In this document: positions 44,484-54,180 of the stretch, piece after piece | How the letters are laid out: the number at the start of each line of letters is the position of its first letter | How positions within the stretch are numbered: the stretch's first letter is position 1 | Source: Acidimicrobiia bacterium | GTDB lineage: Bacteria; Actinomycetota; Acidimicrobiia; IMCC26256; JACDBD01 | Length of the DNA stretch: 64,000 nt | NCBI GenBank assembly: GCA_035637335.1 | Contig: DASPXI010000046.1 | Location: 1,311-65,310 of the forward strand | Direction: 5' to 3' | Program-made: the position numbers and the translations under genes | The notes under the pieces: model-generated | What the model was told of the DNA's origin: nothing | The model's database searches: none | What the model saw: the letters and a program-made list of their open reading frames with translations, nothing else

Positions 44484-44618
44484 TATCGGGCGAGATCGAT
44501 GTGCACGTCTGCCACGGCGGCGAAAACACGCGAGGCCCCTATCACGCCCCGCGATCGGGTCGGCGAGACCCTCAGGGCTACGATCCATGCCGAGCGACCG
44601 GCCGCGAAAGGAGCCCGA

Positions 44619-44963
44619 TTGCCGCAAATCGGCCCGCTCGAGATCCTCGTGGTCTTCATCGTGGCGCTGATCGTGTTCGGCCCGAGCAAGCTGCCCCAGA
44701 TCGGCCGCCAAGTCGGCCGCGGCTTCCGCGAGTTCCGCAAGTTCCAGGCGACCCTGCACGACGACATCCAGGACGCCTTCCGTGACGACGACGAAGAGCC
44801 CGAGGAAGCGCACATCGAGAGCCACGAGCCGAAGCCGCTCGAAACCGGGACTTACGATCCCGGGAAGCCCGAAGCCGGTAAACACGATCCCGGCATGTCC
44901 GATTCTGCAAAGCCCGATCCCGGAAAGCCCACCGAGCCTCCGCCGGCTGACACCACTGCATAG
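44619..44963 (+). CDS. tatA: Sec-independent translocase TatA/E with a repeat-containing acidic/Pro-rich tail
   Basis: TTG 44619 lies 5 nt after GAAAGGAG. LEILVVFIVALIVFGPSKLP is the canonical TatA TM-hinge. Confidence 0.8.
   Translation: MPQIGPLEILVVFIVALIVFGPSKLPQIGRQVGRGFREFRKFQATLHDDIQDAFRDDDEEPEEAHIESHEPKPLETGTYDPGKPEAGKHDPGMSDSAKPDPGKPTEPPPADTTA
44856..44945 (+). repeat. Three imperfect 30-nt tandem repeats inside the tatA tail (DPGKPEAGKH / DPGMSDSAKP / DPGKPTEPPP)
   Basis: GATCCCGG recurs at 44856, 44886 and 44916, an exact 30-nt period. Confidence 0.6.
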
Positions 44964-44971
44964 CGAGCTCC

Positions 44972-45700
44972 GTGGCCTCCTCCGAGCGCGACGGCCGCAT
45001 GACGGTCGTCGAGCACCTGACCGAACTTCGTCGCCGCATCATCATCTCCCTCATTGCCGTCACGTTGGCTGCGATCGTCTGCTTCATCTTCTCCGAGTCG
45101 ATCATCAAGTTCTTCGTCCAGTACTACAAGGACGCGACGAACGGCGAGAAGACACAGTTGATCTTCCTCGGTCCGCTCGACGCGTTCATCACGCGCCTCA
45201 AGGTCGCCACGTACGGCGGCATCGTCCTCGCCCTCCCTATCTGGCTGTGGGAGTTGTGGCGCTTCATCACGCCCGGCCTCAACCCCAACGAGAAGCGCTA
45301 CGCGATTCCGTTCGTGCTCACCTCGATCGTCCTGTTCGCCATGGGAGCTGCGGTCGCGCTCCTCACGCTGCCGAAGGCGTTGGAGTTCCTGCTCGACATC
45401 GGAGGCTCCGAGCTGAGGCCAGAGCTGACTGCCGACAAATACCTGTCGCTCGTCTCGCTGATGATCGTGGCGTTCGGGTTTGCGTTCGAGTTTCCCGTCG
45501 TGTTGGTGTTCCTGCTCCTGGCGCGGGTGCTGACGACGCGGCAACTCCGCAGGTGGCGACGGCCCGCGATCCTGATCATCGTGATCTTCGCGGCTGTCAT
45601 CACCCCCAGCCAGGATCCATACTCACTATTCGCCATGGCGGTACCCATGTACATCTTCTACGAAGGGTCCATCATCATCGGTAGGGTGCTGAAGCGGTGA
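44972..45700 (+). CDS. tatC: Sec-independent translocase TatC
   Basis: 242 aa, multi-TM, with an N-terminal HLTELRRR motif. Confidence 0.9.
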   Translation: MASSERDGRMTVVEHLTELRRRIIISLIAVTLAAIVCFIFSESIIKFFVQYYKDATNGEKTQLIFLGPLDAFITRLKVATYGGIVLALPIWLWELWRFITPGLNPNEKRYAIPFVLTSIVLFAMGAAVALLTLPKALEFLLDIGGSELRPELTADKYLSLVSLMIVAFGFAFEFPVVLVFLLLARVLTTRQLRRWRRPAILIIVIFAAVITPSQDPYSLFAMAVPMYIFYEGSIIIGRVLKR

Positions 45701-45936
45701 CCACGAGTCGTCGTCGACCCCGCGGGACGTACCGGCCGCCCCGGAATCGGAGCGAGGTACTCACGGCCGTTGCCGCCGTCATCGGGGTGCTCGTCGTGAC
45801 AGCGGCGCTCATCTGGTTCCTCCAGCCCGGCGACTCGAGCCCGAGCTCACCGGGCACCCCCGCACCCGTCTCTGTGCCGAACACACCCAGCGCGCCGGCG
45901 GAGTCGGCACCACCGGCGCAGCCGGGCACGCCGTGA
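45697..45936 (+). CDS. Small membrane-anchored Pro/Ser-rich protein (79 aa)
   Basis: Track ORF with a GTGA overlap with tatC. One TM helix. Confidence 0.4.
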   Translation: MTTSRRRPRGTYRPPRNRSEVLTAVAAVIGVLVVTAALIWFLQPGDSSPSSPGTPAPVSVPNTPSAPAESAPPAQPGTP

Positions 45937-45940
45937 GGTC

Positions 45941-48607
45941 GTGACCACCGCCCCGACCGCAACCGACGAGCGTCGGAGTCGGCGCGAAGCGTTCGAAGCA
46001 AGCCGGCCCTTCCCCCTCGATCCGTTCCAGTCCCGCGCTCTGGACTCGCTCGACAACGGACGATCCGTGGTCGTCGCCGCGCCAACGGGGTCCGGCAAGA
46101 CCGTGGTCGCGGAGTACGCCATCGAGCTCGCACTCGCCCAGGGCGGCAAAGCCTTCTACACGACTCCACTCAAGGCGCTCTCCAACCAGAAGTTCGGTGA
46201 CCTCATCCGCCAACACGGCGCCGATCGGGTCGGCCTCCTGACCGGCGACAACTCGATCAACGGCGACGCGCCGATCATCGTGATGACCACCGAGGTGCTG
46301 CGCAACATGGTCTACGCCGCATCTCCCGCGCTCTCCGGCCTCCGTTACGTGATCCTCGACGAGGTCCACTACCTCCAGGATCCTTACCGTGGCGCGGTCT
46401 GGGAGGAAGTCATCATCCACCTTCCGCGCGAGGTGGATGTCGTGTGCCTGTCGGCGACGGTGTCGAACGCGGAAGAGTTCGCGGCGTGGGTCGAGACCGT
46501 CCGGGGCGATACCGACGCGGTCATCGAGGAACGCCGTCCGGTCCGCCTCGAGCACCTGTACCTGGTGGGGGAGCGGGGCAGCGATCGGCTCCATCTCCTT
46601 CCCACCTTCGTCGAGACGAACGGCGAGCTCCGGCCGAACCCGGAGGCCTCACGGCTCGACGCTCGCTCGGACCGGGGCGGCGGGTGGCGTGGACGTTCGC
46701 GGAGCCGACTTCGAACGCCGCAGCGCGTCGAGGTCGTCGAGCTGCTCGCGGAACGGCAGATGCTGCCCGCGATCACGTTCGTGTTCAGCCGCGCCGGCTG
46801 CGACCAGGCGGTCCAGCACTGCGTTTCGGGAGGCCTCCGCCTGACGACCGCCGAGGAGCGCACCGCGATCCGTCGCATCGCCGAAGCGCATACCGACACG
46901 CTCTCCGACGACGACCTCGCCGTGCTGCGCTACGGCGAGTGGGTCACCGGCCTCGAAGCCGGCTTCGCCGCCCACCACGCCGGCAAGGTCCCGCCGATGA
47001 AGGAAGCCGTCGAAGAAGCATTCTCGGCCGGGCTCGTGAAGGTCGTGTTCGCCACCGAGACGCTGTCGCTCGGGATCAACATGCCGGCGCGGTCGGTGGT
47101 GATCGAGAAGCTCTCGAAGTTCACCGGCGAGAGGCACGAGTTCCTGACGCCCGGCGAATACACGCAGCTCACAGGGCGAGCAGGACGGCGGGGTATCGAC
47201 GAGGTCGGATACGCGATCGTGTGCTGGAGCCCGTTCGTGCCGTTCGATCAGGTTGCCGCTCTCGCGTCACGACGAACCTACGCGCTGCGGTCCTCGTTCC
47301 GGCCGACGTACAACATGGCAGCGAACCTGGTCCGTCGGTACCGCGCCGATGTCGCGCACCACCTGCTGAACCTCTCGTTCGCGCAGTTCCAGGCCGACCG
47401 TGACGTCGTGTCGCTCGAGCGTCAACTCGAGCGACACCGCGAGGAGCTGGTTCGCCGGCGCGAAGTGGCGCGGAGTGGACCGGGTGACGTCGACGAGTAC
47501 CGCCGCCTGGCTGACGCGCTTGACGCCGAGCGACGTGACCACGGTGCCGCCCGCCGCATCGCCGATGCGTTGGAGCGCCTCCGGCCCGGCGACGTGCTGG
47601 TACGGGACGGACGCCACGGTCGGTTGGTCGTGCTCGCGTTCGAGCGAAGCCGTCGCGGCGTCCCGCGACTGCTGGCGCTGAGCGAGTCAGGCGAGCTGAT
47701 CCGGCTGGGCGCGGACGACTTCGAGCGACCGCCTGCACCGGTGGCTCGCATCGATCTCCCCGAGCCATACGCGCCGCGCAGCAGCGCGTTCCGGCGGCAG
47801 GCAGCGGACCGGCTGCGTCGTACCCGACCGCGGAAGGGCGAGACGGCTCCGTCGGGGACTTCTCGGCGCGTCGCCGAGCTCGAGGCACAGCTCGACTCGC
47901 ATCCGGTCGGCTCCGATCCCAAGCGGGACGCGCGGCTGCGCGCCGCGAAGGCGGCCGAGCGCCTCGAACGCGACATCGCCCGCCTCGAGCGTCGTATCCG
48001 CGGTCGCACCGAGAGCGTCGCCCGTCAGTTCGACCGTGTGCTGCGTGTGCTCGAAGCCTGGGAGTTCGTCGGAGGCTGGTCGTTGACCGAATGGGGCGAG
48101 CTTCTCGCGCGCCTGTACACCGAAGGCGACCTGATCGTCGCCGAGTCGCTGCGCGAGGGGCTGTTCGACGACCTCAGCGCGGCCGAGATCGCCGCGCTCG
48201 CGTCCTGCTTCACCTACGAGCGGCGCGGTCCCGAGGGCGCCGGGCCGTTGCCACCCTCGCGCTCGCCCACGCGCGAGCTCGCCGAACGATGGCGGAAGAT
48301 CCATCGGATTGCCAACGAGCTCAATCACAACGAGGACGACGCCGGTCTTCCGGAGACCCGCGCTCCTGACCCCGGCTTCGTCCCGTACGTGCACGACTGG
48401 GTTTCGGGTCACGATCTCGCCGACATCCTCGAGGGCCACGACGAGATGACCGGGGGCGACTTCGTGCGCCACGTCAAACAATGCATCGACCTGTTGCGCC
48501 AGGTCGGTGAGGTGGCACCGAAGCCGGCGACTGCCGAGACGGCGCGTGCGGCCGCCGACGCGTGCTTCCGCGGAGTCATCGCCGCCTCGAGCGCCGTCGG
48601 ACAGTGA
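45941..48607 (+). CDS. helY: Ski2-like DEAD/DEAH-box helicase HelY
   Basis: 888 aa with AAPTGSGKT, DEVHY and a DSHCT-like C-terminal region. Position after tatC is as I recall it in mycobacteria. Confidence 0.9.
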   Translation: MTTAPTATDERRSRREAFEASRPFPLDPFQSRALDSLDNGRSVVVAAPTGSGKTVVAEYAIELALAQGGKAFYTTPLKALSNQKFGDLIRQHGADRVGLLTGDNSINGDAPIIVMTTEVLRNMVYAASPALSGLRYVILDEVHYLQDPYRGAVWEEVIIHLPREVDVVCLSATVSNAEEFAAWVETVRGDTDAVIEERRPVRLEHLYLVGERGSDRLHLLPTFVETNGELRPNPEASRLDARSDRGGGWRGRSRSRLRTPQRVEVVELLAERQMLPAITFVFSRAGCDQAVQHCVSGGLRLTTAEERTAIRRIAEAHTDTLSDDDLAVLRYGEWVTGLEAGFAAHHAGKVPPMKEAVEEAFSAGLVKVVFATETLSLGINMPARSVVIEKLSKFTGERHEFLTPGEYTQLTGRAGRRGIDEVGYAIVCWSPFVPFDQVAALASRRTYALRSSFRPTYNMAANLVRRYRADVAHHLLNLSFAQFQADRDVVSLERQLERHREELVRRREVARSGPGDVDEYRRLADALDAERRDHGAARRIADALERLRPGDVLVRDGRHGRLVVLAFERSRRGVPRLLALSESGELIRLGADDFERPPAPVARIDLPEPYAPRSSAFRRQAADRLRRTRPRKGETAPSGTSRRVAELEAQLDSHPVGSDPKRDARLRAAKAAERLERDIARLERRIRGRTESVARQFDRVLRVLEAWEFVGGWSLTEWGELLARLYTEGDLIVAESLREGLFDDLSAAEIAALASCFTYERRGPEGAGPLPPSRSPTRELAERWRKIHRIANELNHNEDDAGLPETRAPDPGFVPYVHDWVSGHDLADILEGHDEMTGGDFVRHVKQCIDLLRQVGEVAPKPATAETARAAADACFRGVIAASSAVGQ

Positions 48608-49278
48608 CCGGTCCCATTCGCCACGGCCAGCCGTGGGGACATCCGGCGACGAGCCCGCCCGACATCGAGGTCGTCGGGGACGACGCCGACCTCGCCGCGG
48701 CGATGACGCGCCATCCAGGCGTGCTCGCGCGTTTCCGTCCTTCACCGGAATCCGACCTCGCGCGGGCGCTCGGCCTCGATGCCGAAGCCGCCGGCGCCAC
48801 CGAGGTCGCACTCGACGCGCTGGAGGTCGACCTGCCCTCCGATCGCGCTCGCACCACCGCGGTGAACGCCGTCGTCGTGGGTCGCCCCCCGGACCGGCTG
48901 CGCCGGTCGACTCGGAGCGCTTCGATCAGAGTCAGGATCGACGGACGGCCCTGGTTCGGGGGTCGCGGCACGACCGTCGTCGTGGCGAGCGGCCAGTTCC
49001 TCCGCGGGGCTGACCTCGTCCCGCGAGGCCACCCCGGCGACGGCTGGCTCGAGGTCCAGGTGTACGCGTTGCCTCGCCGCGAGCGACGCCCGATGCGCCG
49101 CCACCTTCTGACGGGCACGCACGTTCCGCACCCCTCCATCCAGACGACACGGGCGCGGCACGTCGAGATCGAGGTCGCCGGTCGCGCCTTGCCGCTCGAG
49201 GTCGACGGCCGACCGCATGGCCGGACTGCCCGGCTCTCGGCGACGCTCGTGCCCGAGGCCATTCGCCTGCTCGTCTGA
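48604..49278 (+). CDS. Hypothetical protein (resembles only the C-terminal beta-domain of YegS/DAG-kinase-like lipid kinases)
   Basis: GTG 48604 forms a GTGA overlap with helY. I saw no GGDG catalytic motif. Confidence 0.45.
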   Translation: MTGPIRHGQPWGHPATSPPDIEVVGDDADLAAAMTRHPGVLARFRPSPESDLARALGLDAEAAGATEVALDALEVDLPSDRARTTAVNAVVVGRPPDRLRRSTRSASIRVRIDGRPWFGGRGTTVVVASGQFLRGADLVPRGHPGDGWLEVQVYALPRRERRPMRRHLLTGTHVPHPSIQTTRARHVEIEVAGRALPLEVDGRPHGRTARLSATLVPEAIRLLV

Positions 49279-49355
49279 TCACGGACGGCATCCGCCGGGT
49301 CGGCGGGGGGCGCCGGTACGATCGGCTTCCCGTCCGACGAGCCGGAACCGCCCTC

Positions 49356-50981
49356 ATGCCGTACGTCCCGGAGCGCTTTACCGAGCAGGAACAGGCAGTG
49401 CTGCGCCCGTACTTCACGAACCCGGACGGGCCTGTGTTCGCCCTCGTGAACCTGCCCGAGGTCGTCAAGGGCGCCCTGTTCGCGCGGTACTCGCGGTCGC
49501 GCAAGAGCCTGCGTCGCCTGTTTCTCGACGAGTTCGTCGGCGACCTGGACCTGACCGGCGACGTCACCGTCGACGCCACGGTCGGGCTGCGCCGGGCGGA
49601 GGAGCTCTACGACCGGGTGTTCCTCGAATACGGCGACGACTCCGTCGCGCAACTCGGCGGCGTGCACCTCGCCTGCGAGCAGGCGTCCAACCTGCTGACC
49701 AAGGTGCTCGAGTGGGGCCGGCTCATGGCGTACCTCGAGCAGTCGACTCGCTACATCCCGTACGACACGCGACTCGGCGGGCGCTACCGGTACTGGCGCG
49801 ACCCGGAGATCGGGCGCTCGTCGCTAGGGGCCCGTTACATCGGAGACCTGGACGCGCTCTTTGACGCCTACGCCCAGATGCTGCCCGAGCTCATGGAGTG
49901 GGCGCGGGCCCGCTATCCGAAGGAGTCCGACGACTCGGACTTCGTCTACAAGCAGACGATCAAAGCCAAGGCGTGTGACGCCGCCCGCGGCATCTTGCCG
50001 GCGGCGACGCTGTCGAACGTGGGCATCTACGGGACGGGGCAGGCGTTCGAGGGGCTGCTGCTCCGAATGCGGGTGCACCCGCTCCCCGAGGCGCGGCAGT
50101 ACGCGGCGATGATGCTGCCCGAGTTGCGCAAGGTGATCCCTTCGTTCCTGACGCGCGTCGATCGGCCCGAGCGCGGCGGCGCGTGGTCGGAGTACTTCGA
50201 CGAGACGCGCCGCGCGACGGCCGGCGTCGTCCATCGTGTCTTCGACGGTGAGGAGCCTGAGCCACGCCCGGCGGTGATGCTCACCGACTACGACCCCGAG
50301 GGCGAGGACAAGCTGCTCGCCGCCGTCTGCTACCCGCACACGAACCTGCCCGAGGACCAGGTCCTGGCGCGGATCCGGCGCCTGTCGGCGGACGAGCGGG
50401 TCGCGATCCTGCGCGCCTACGTCGGGGAACGGGACAACCGCCGCCACCGACCCGGGCGGGGCTTCGAGCGCACCGGCTACCGCTTTGACGTCCTCTGCGA
50501 TTACGGCGCCTTCCGTGACCTCCAGCGGCACCGCATGCTGACGATTGAGTGGCAGCCGCTGTCGCCCCTCCATGGCTACGACGTCCCCGAGGCTGTTTTG
50601 GAGGCCGGGCTCGCCGCCGGCTTCGACGACGCGATGGCCCGGTCGGCGGGCCTCTATGACGCCCTGGTCCCGAGGTTCCCGGAGCAGGCGCCGTACGCAG
50701 TGTCGCTTGCATACCGCGTGCGCTTCGTGATGCAGATGAATGCTCGTGAAGCGATGCACATGCTCGAGCTGCGGACCTCACCCCAAGGACATCCGACGTA
50801 CCGGCGTGTTTGTCAGGAGATGCACCGGCTGATCGCGGAGGAAGCCGGCCACCGTGCGGTTGCCGAAGCCATGCGCCATGTCGACCACACGACCTACGAG
50901 CTCGAGCGTTTAGCCGCCGAGCGCGCGGCCGAGTATCGCCGTACCGGGCCGCGTTCGGAAAAAAAGTCGGCGCCGCGCTGA
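49356..50981 (+). CDS. ThyX-like FAD-dependent thymidylate synthase family protein, long (tandem-domain) form
   Basis: 541 aa. The RHRMLT signature (the ThyX RHRxxS-like motif) is in the C-terminal half. Confidence 0.7.
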   Translation: MPYVPERFTEQEQAVLRPYFTNPDGPVFALVNLPEVVKGALFARYSRSRKSLRRLFLDEFVGDLDLTGDVTVDATVGLRRAEELYDRVFLEYGDDSVAQLGGVHLACEQASNLLTKVLEWGRLMAYLEQSTRYIPYDTRLGGRYRYWRDPEIGRSSLGARYIGDLDALFDAYAQMLPELMEWARARYPKESDDSDFVYKQTIKAKACDAARGILPAATLSNVGIYGTGQAFEGLLLRMRVHPLPEARQYAAMMLPELRKVIPSFLTRVDRPERGGAWSEYFDETRRATAGVVHRVFDGEEPEPRPAVMLTDYDPEGEDKLLAAVCYPHTNLPEDQVLARIRRLSADERVAILRAYVGERDNRRHRPGRGFERTGYRFDVLCDYGAFRDLQRHRMLTIEWQPLSPLHGYDVPEAVLEAGLAAGFDDAMARSAGLYDALVPRFPEQAPYAVSLAYRVRFVMQMNAREAMHMLELRTSPQGHPTYRRVCQEMHRLIAEEAGHRAVAEAMRHVDHTTYELERLAAERAAEYRRTGPRSEKKSAPR

Positions 50982-51444
50982 GCAGCATCGACGCGCGACG
51001 GTGCTGGTCACAAGACCGGTGCCAAAGTGAACGGCTCTTGACAGGAGCCCTAATTCTCGGGCGTACTACTTCTCGCCCCTGTGCCGTGAAGCCGGTCGTG
51101 GGTCTTCCGGTGTCGATGCCGCGGAGCTCGTTCGGAAGGGACGGAGAGGGGTGTAGGGGGTTCAGGAGGCCAAGTAGAGAACGCTGGAATAACCCCGCCG
51201 CTCGAGCGGCGCGGGCCAAACAGTGGCCCCAACGGTCTCCTGGACCCCTCCGTCAACCGGCCCCGCCCGCGCTGACGGTCCGGTGACGCCCGAGCGGGGG
51301 AATGCGCGAGCCGGGCGCCTCGTTGACCAGCACCTCAGGGACGCGGCGTTATACTCCGCGGCCCCACAGCCCCGGGAACCCGTCCCGTAGCGAGGCGCAG
51401 CGGGCTCCATCCCGGTGGGCTGGCGCCTCGCGGAGCAGAGACCC

Positions 51445-51951
51445 ATGAAAGACGACGACTTCGATGAAGAGGAGGAGGAGCCCGAACTCGACGAGGCTTC
51501 CCTCGACGAGGAGGACCTCGAGGCCGACGAGCTCGACGACGACGACGACGAGGAGCTCGACGGCGACGTCGCGCTCGAAGACGAGGACGAAGACGTCGAC
51601 GAGGGCGGCGAGGAGAACGAGGTTGTCGTAGCCGAGCCCGCCGCCGCGAAGACGAAGGCCGCGACCGGCGAGGAGGACGAGGACGTCCTCGACCTCGACG
51701 AGGAGCTGCATCCCGACGACGTGGAGGAACCGTTGGACGTGCTGCTCCAGGAGCGCACGGCCGCAGCGACGCTCGAGGACGAGGAAGAAGAGGCTGAGGA
51801 AGAGGAACCGGACGTCGACGAGCGCGGCGACGGCCCGACCAGGATCATGCCCCGACGTCCCGGCGAGTTCCTCTGTGCCTCCTGCTTCCTCGTGCTGCCA
51901 CGGAGCCAGCTCGCCGACGCCAAGCGGATGCTCTGTCGCGACTGCGCGTGA
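51445..51951 (+). CDS. DUF4193 family protein (acidic N-region plus C-terminal Cys4 domain)
   Basis: C-terminus RRPGEFLCASCFLVLPRSQLADAKRMLCRDCA. ATG 51445 lies 9 nt after GGAG. Confidence 0.7.
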   Translation: MKDDDFDEEEEEPELDEASLDEEDLEADELDDDDDEELDGDVALEDEDEDVDEGGEENEVVVAEPAAAKTKAATGEEDEDVLDLDEELHPDDVEEPLDVLLQERTAAATLEDEEEEAEEEEPDVDERGDGPTRIMPRRPGEFLCASCFLVLPRSQLADAKRMLCRDCA

Positions 51952-52004
51952 TTCGGCCCATCGTCTGACATCACGGCGAGGGCAGGGAATGCGAGCATGA
52001 CGCC

Positions 52005-53600
52005 GTGATCCGAGCGATCCGAAGGCTCTGGGGCGCTGTCGTGCGGCTCTTGCGCGATCCGGCGGCGCGGCTGCGGCTCGGCGCCGCCGTGGCGTCGGGG
52101 ATCCTGCTGGCGCTCGCGTTCCCGGCGATCGATCTGGGCCCACTGGCGCTCGTGGCGCTCGTGCCGCTCCTGTGGGCGTGGCGGGGCGCCACGCCCGGAC
52201 GCGCCGCGTTGTACGGGTTCGTGTTCGGATGCGTCTTCTTCTCGATCGTCCTGTACTGGCTGTGGTACTTCGGTCTCATCGCGATCGTGCCGCTGGTCGC
52301 GGGATGCGCGGCGTACACGGCCGTAACCGGTGCGCTGGTCGGTTACCTCACACGCGCCGGCTTCAGTTCCCCGTGGCTCATCGGCGCGGCGTGGGTGCTG
52401 CCCGAGACCCTGCGCGGCCGCTGGCCGTTCGGCGGGTTGCCGTGGGGAGACCTCGGCATCACCCTGCACGACTTTCCGCCGGCTCGCGCGCTGGCGAGCT
52501 GGGGCGGGGTCGCACTCGTCTCGTTTCTCATCGTGGTGTTCAACGCGTACCTCGTCGAAGTCGTGCTCGCCGTTCGGGCGCACGCGTCGCGCGCGCTCGC
52601 GGTCGCGGCCGTCGGGGCTGTGGGGGTCATGGTCATCGTCGCGATCGCTGACGTGGCCCGCTTCGAGCCCCGCCGCACGGGGGAACTACGCGTCGCCATG
52701 CTGCAGGGCAACGATCAGAACCGAGAGCTCACGCAGGCTGAGAAGAGCCGGGGGTTGCTCACCGGGAAGCACCTGGCGCTGGCGTCGCGCCTCCGCGGCC
52801 CGTACGACCTCATCGTTTTCCCGGAGTCCTCGCTCGACCAATTCAACCCGGAGACCAATCGAGCGCTGCGGAACCAGCTGGTCGCCGTGGGAGCGGCGCA
52901 CGGGGCCGACGTGCTCGCGAACGCGGCGGTCCCGGCGCCTGATGGGCGCGACTTCAACACCAATCTCCTGTACACGCCGGCCGGGCGCCTCGTGGGGTCG
53001 TATGCGAAGCAGCACCTGGTGCCGTTCGGCGAGTACGTGCCGCACCGGTCGTTGATCGACTGGACCGGGGTCGTCGACCGGATCCCCAACGACTACTCAC
53101 CGGGGGAGAAGCGCACGAGTTTCCGGGTGAAGGGGCACCGACTCGCCACCGTGATCTGTTTCGAGTCGGCGTTCGGCCCGCTCGTGCGCGACTTCGTGCG
53201 CGACGGAGCCGAGGTGGTCGTCGTGAGCACGAACAACCGCTCATACCGCCGTTCGGGGAACAGCGCTCAACATATTGCGCACACCCAGATGCGCGCCGCC
53301 GAGACGGCTCGACCGTTCCTGCAAGCGTCGATCTCGGGGATTACGGCAGCCATCGACGCCGACGGCGACGTCCACGACAAGACGCACCTGTTCCGCAACA
53401 CGGTGGTCACCGAGACCGTCGCGACCGCGACCGGCGAGACACCGTACGTTCGTTTCGGTGACTGGGTCGTGGCCGCCAGCGCGGCGCTGCTGCTCGGGGC
53501 GGCGGTGGCAGCGCGGCTGCGTCGACGCCCGGCGGCGTTCCCTAGACTCGGCAAGGCGGAAGGAAAGAAGACGAAGGAACCGGTCGGGAGGATGTCGTGA
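52005..53600 (+). CDS. lnt: Apolipoprotein N-acyltransferase
   Basis: 531 aa with a multi-TM N-terminal half and a CN-hydrolase domain (ICFESAF). Confidence 0.85.
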   Translation: MIRAIRRLWGAVVRLLRDPAARLRLGAAVASGILLALAFPAIDLGPLALVALVPLLWAWRGATPGRAALYGFVFGCVFFSIVLYWLWYFGLIAIVPLVAGCAAYTAVTGALVGYLTRAGFSSPWLIGAAWVLPETLRGRWPFGGLPWGDLGITLHDFPPARALASWGGVALVSFLIVVFNAYLVEVVLAVRAHASRALAVAAVGAVGVMVIVAIADVARFEPRRTGELRVAMLQGNDQNRELTQAEKSRGLLTGKHLALASRLRGPYDLIVFPESSLDQFNPETNRALRNQLVAVGAAHGADVLANAAVPAPDGRDFNTNLLYTPAGRLVGSYAKQHLVPFGEYVPHRSLIDWTGVVDRIPNDYSPGEKRTSFRVKGHRLATVICFESAFGPLVRDFVRDGAEVVVVSTNNRSYRRSGNSAQHIAHTQMRAAETARPFLQASISGITAAIDADGDVHDKTHLFRNTVVTETVATATGETPYVRFGDWVVAASAALLLGAAVAARLRRRPAAFPRLGKAEGKKTKEPVGRMS

Positions 53601-54172
53601 GCAACGACGGACAGAAGGCGGCCGAGCGAGCGCTCGAGGTCCTCGTGTACGCGCCCGTCGGGTTGGCGATGTACTTGCGCGACACGGTGCCGACGTTCCT
53701 CAACCTGTTCGTGTCACGGGGCCGCTCCGAGCTCAGCCAGCGGAAGCACCAGGCGGAGGGTCAGGTGACGCAGGCGAAGGCTCTCGGCGAGTACGCGATC
53801 GGCTTCGGCGCGCCGAAGGTCCGTGAACAGGTCGAGAAGGGCATCGCAGTCGCGCTCAAGAGCGCCGAGGCCGTGCTCGGCGGAGTAGGGGAGGGCGGCG
53901 GTCCGGGCCCCCAGCCGGCGGCCTCCCCGACCACCCCGCCGAGCGAGCCGACGGTCCGATCCGTCGCCAAGGAGACGGGCGGGGCCGAAGAGGACGTGAA
54001 GCCTTCGGCGACGACGCTCGGGATCACGGATTACGACGAGCTGTCCGCCTCCCAGGTCGTCGAGCGGCTCGAGGGTCTTCAGCCGTCCGAGCTCGAAGCC
54101 GTACGCGACTACGAGGAAGCGCACCGAGCGCGTCGCACGATCCTGTTCAAGATCGAACAGCTCAACAACTGA
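53597..54172 (+). CDS. Hypothetical protein (191 aa)
   Basis: GTGA overlap with lnt. Conserved-looking C-terminal helix-rich domain (ITDYDELSASQVVERLEGL...). No family named with confidence. Confidence 0.5.
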   Translation: MSNDGQKAAERALEVLVYAPVGLAMYLRDTVPTFLNLFVSRGRSELSQRKHQAEGQVTQAKALGEYAIGFGAPKVREQVEKGIAVALKSAEAVLGGVGEGGGPGPQPAASPTTPPSEPTVRSVAKETGGAEEDVKPSATTLGITDYDELSASQVVERLEGLQPSELEAVRDYEEAHRARRTILFKIEQLNN

Positions 54173-54180
54173 GAGGGCGC

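Noticed and set aside
51038-51043. TTGACA hexamer as the -35 box of a promoter inside the long intergenic region.
   Set aside because: No TANNNT hexamer lies at 16-19 nt downstream. The nearest candidates are TACTAC and TAATTC, and both lack the final T.
51225-51295. 6C-RNA-like hairpins with C-rich loops (CCCCTCC, CCCCGCCCGC).
   Set aside because: The stems are only 4-5 bp and I cannot match the 6C consensus by eye. The observation is folded into the broader candidate-ncRNA finding instead of being called.
51470-51800. Highly repetitive GAC/GAG/GAA-rich stretch that looks like a tandem repeat.
   Set aside because: It is the in-frame poly-Asp/Glu N-terminal region of the DUF4193 protein. 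There is no fixed period or spacer structure.
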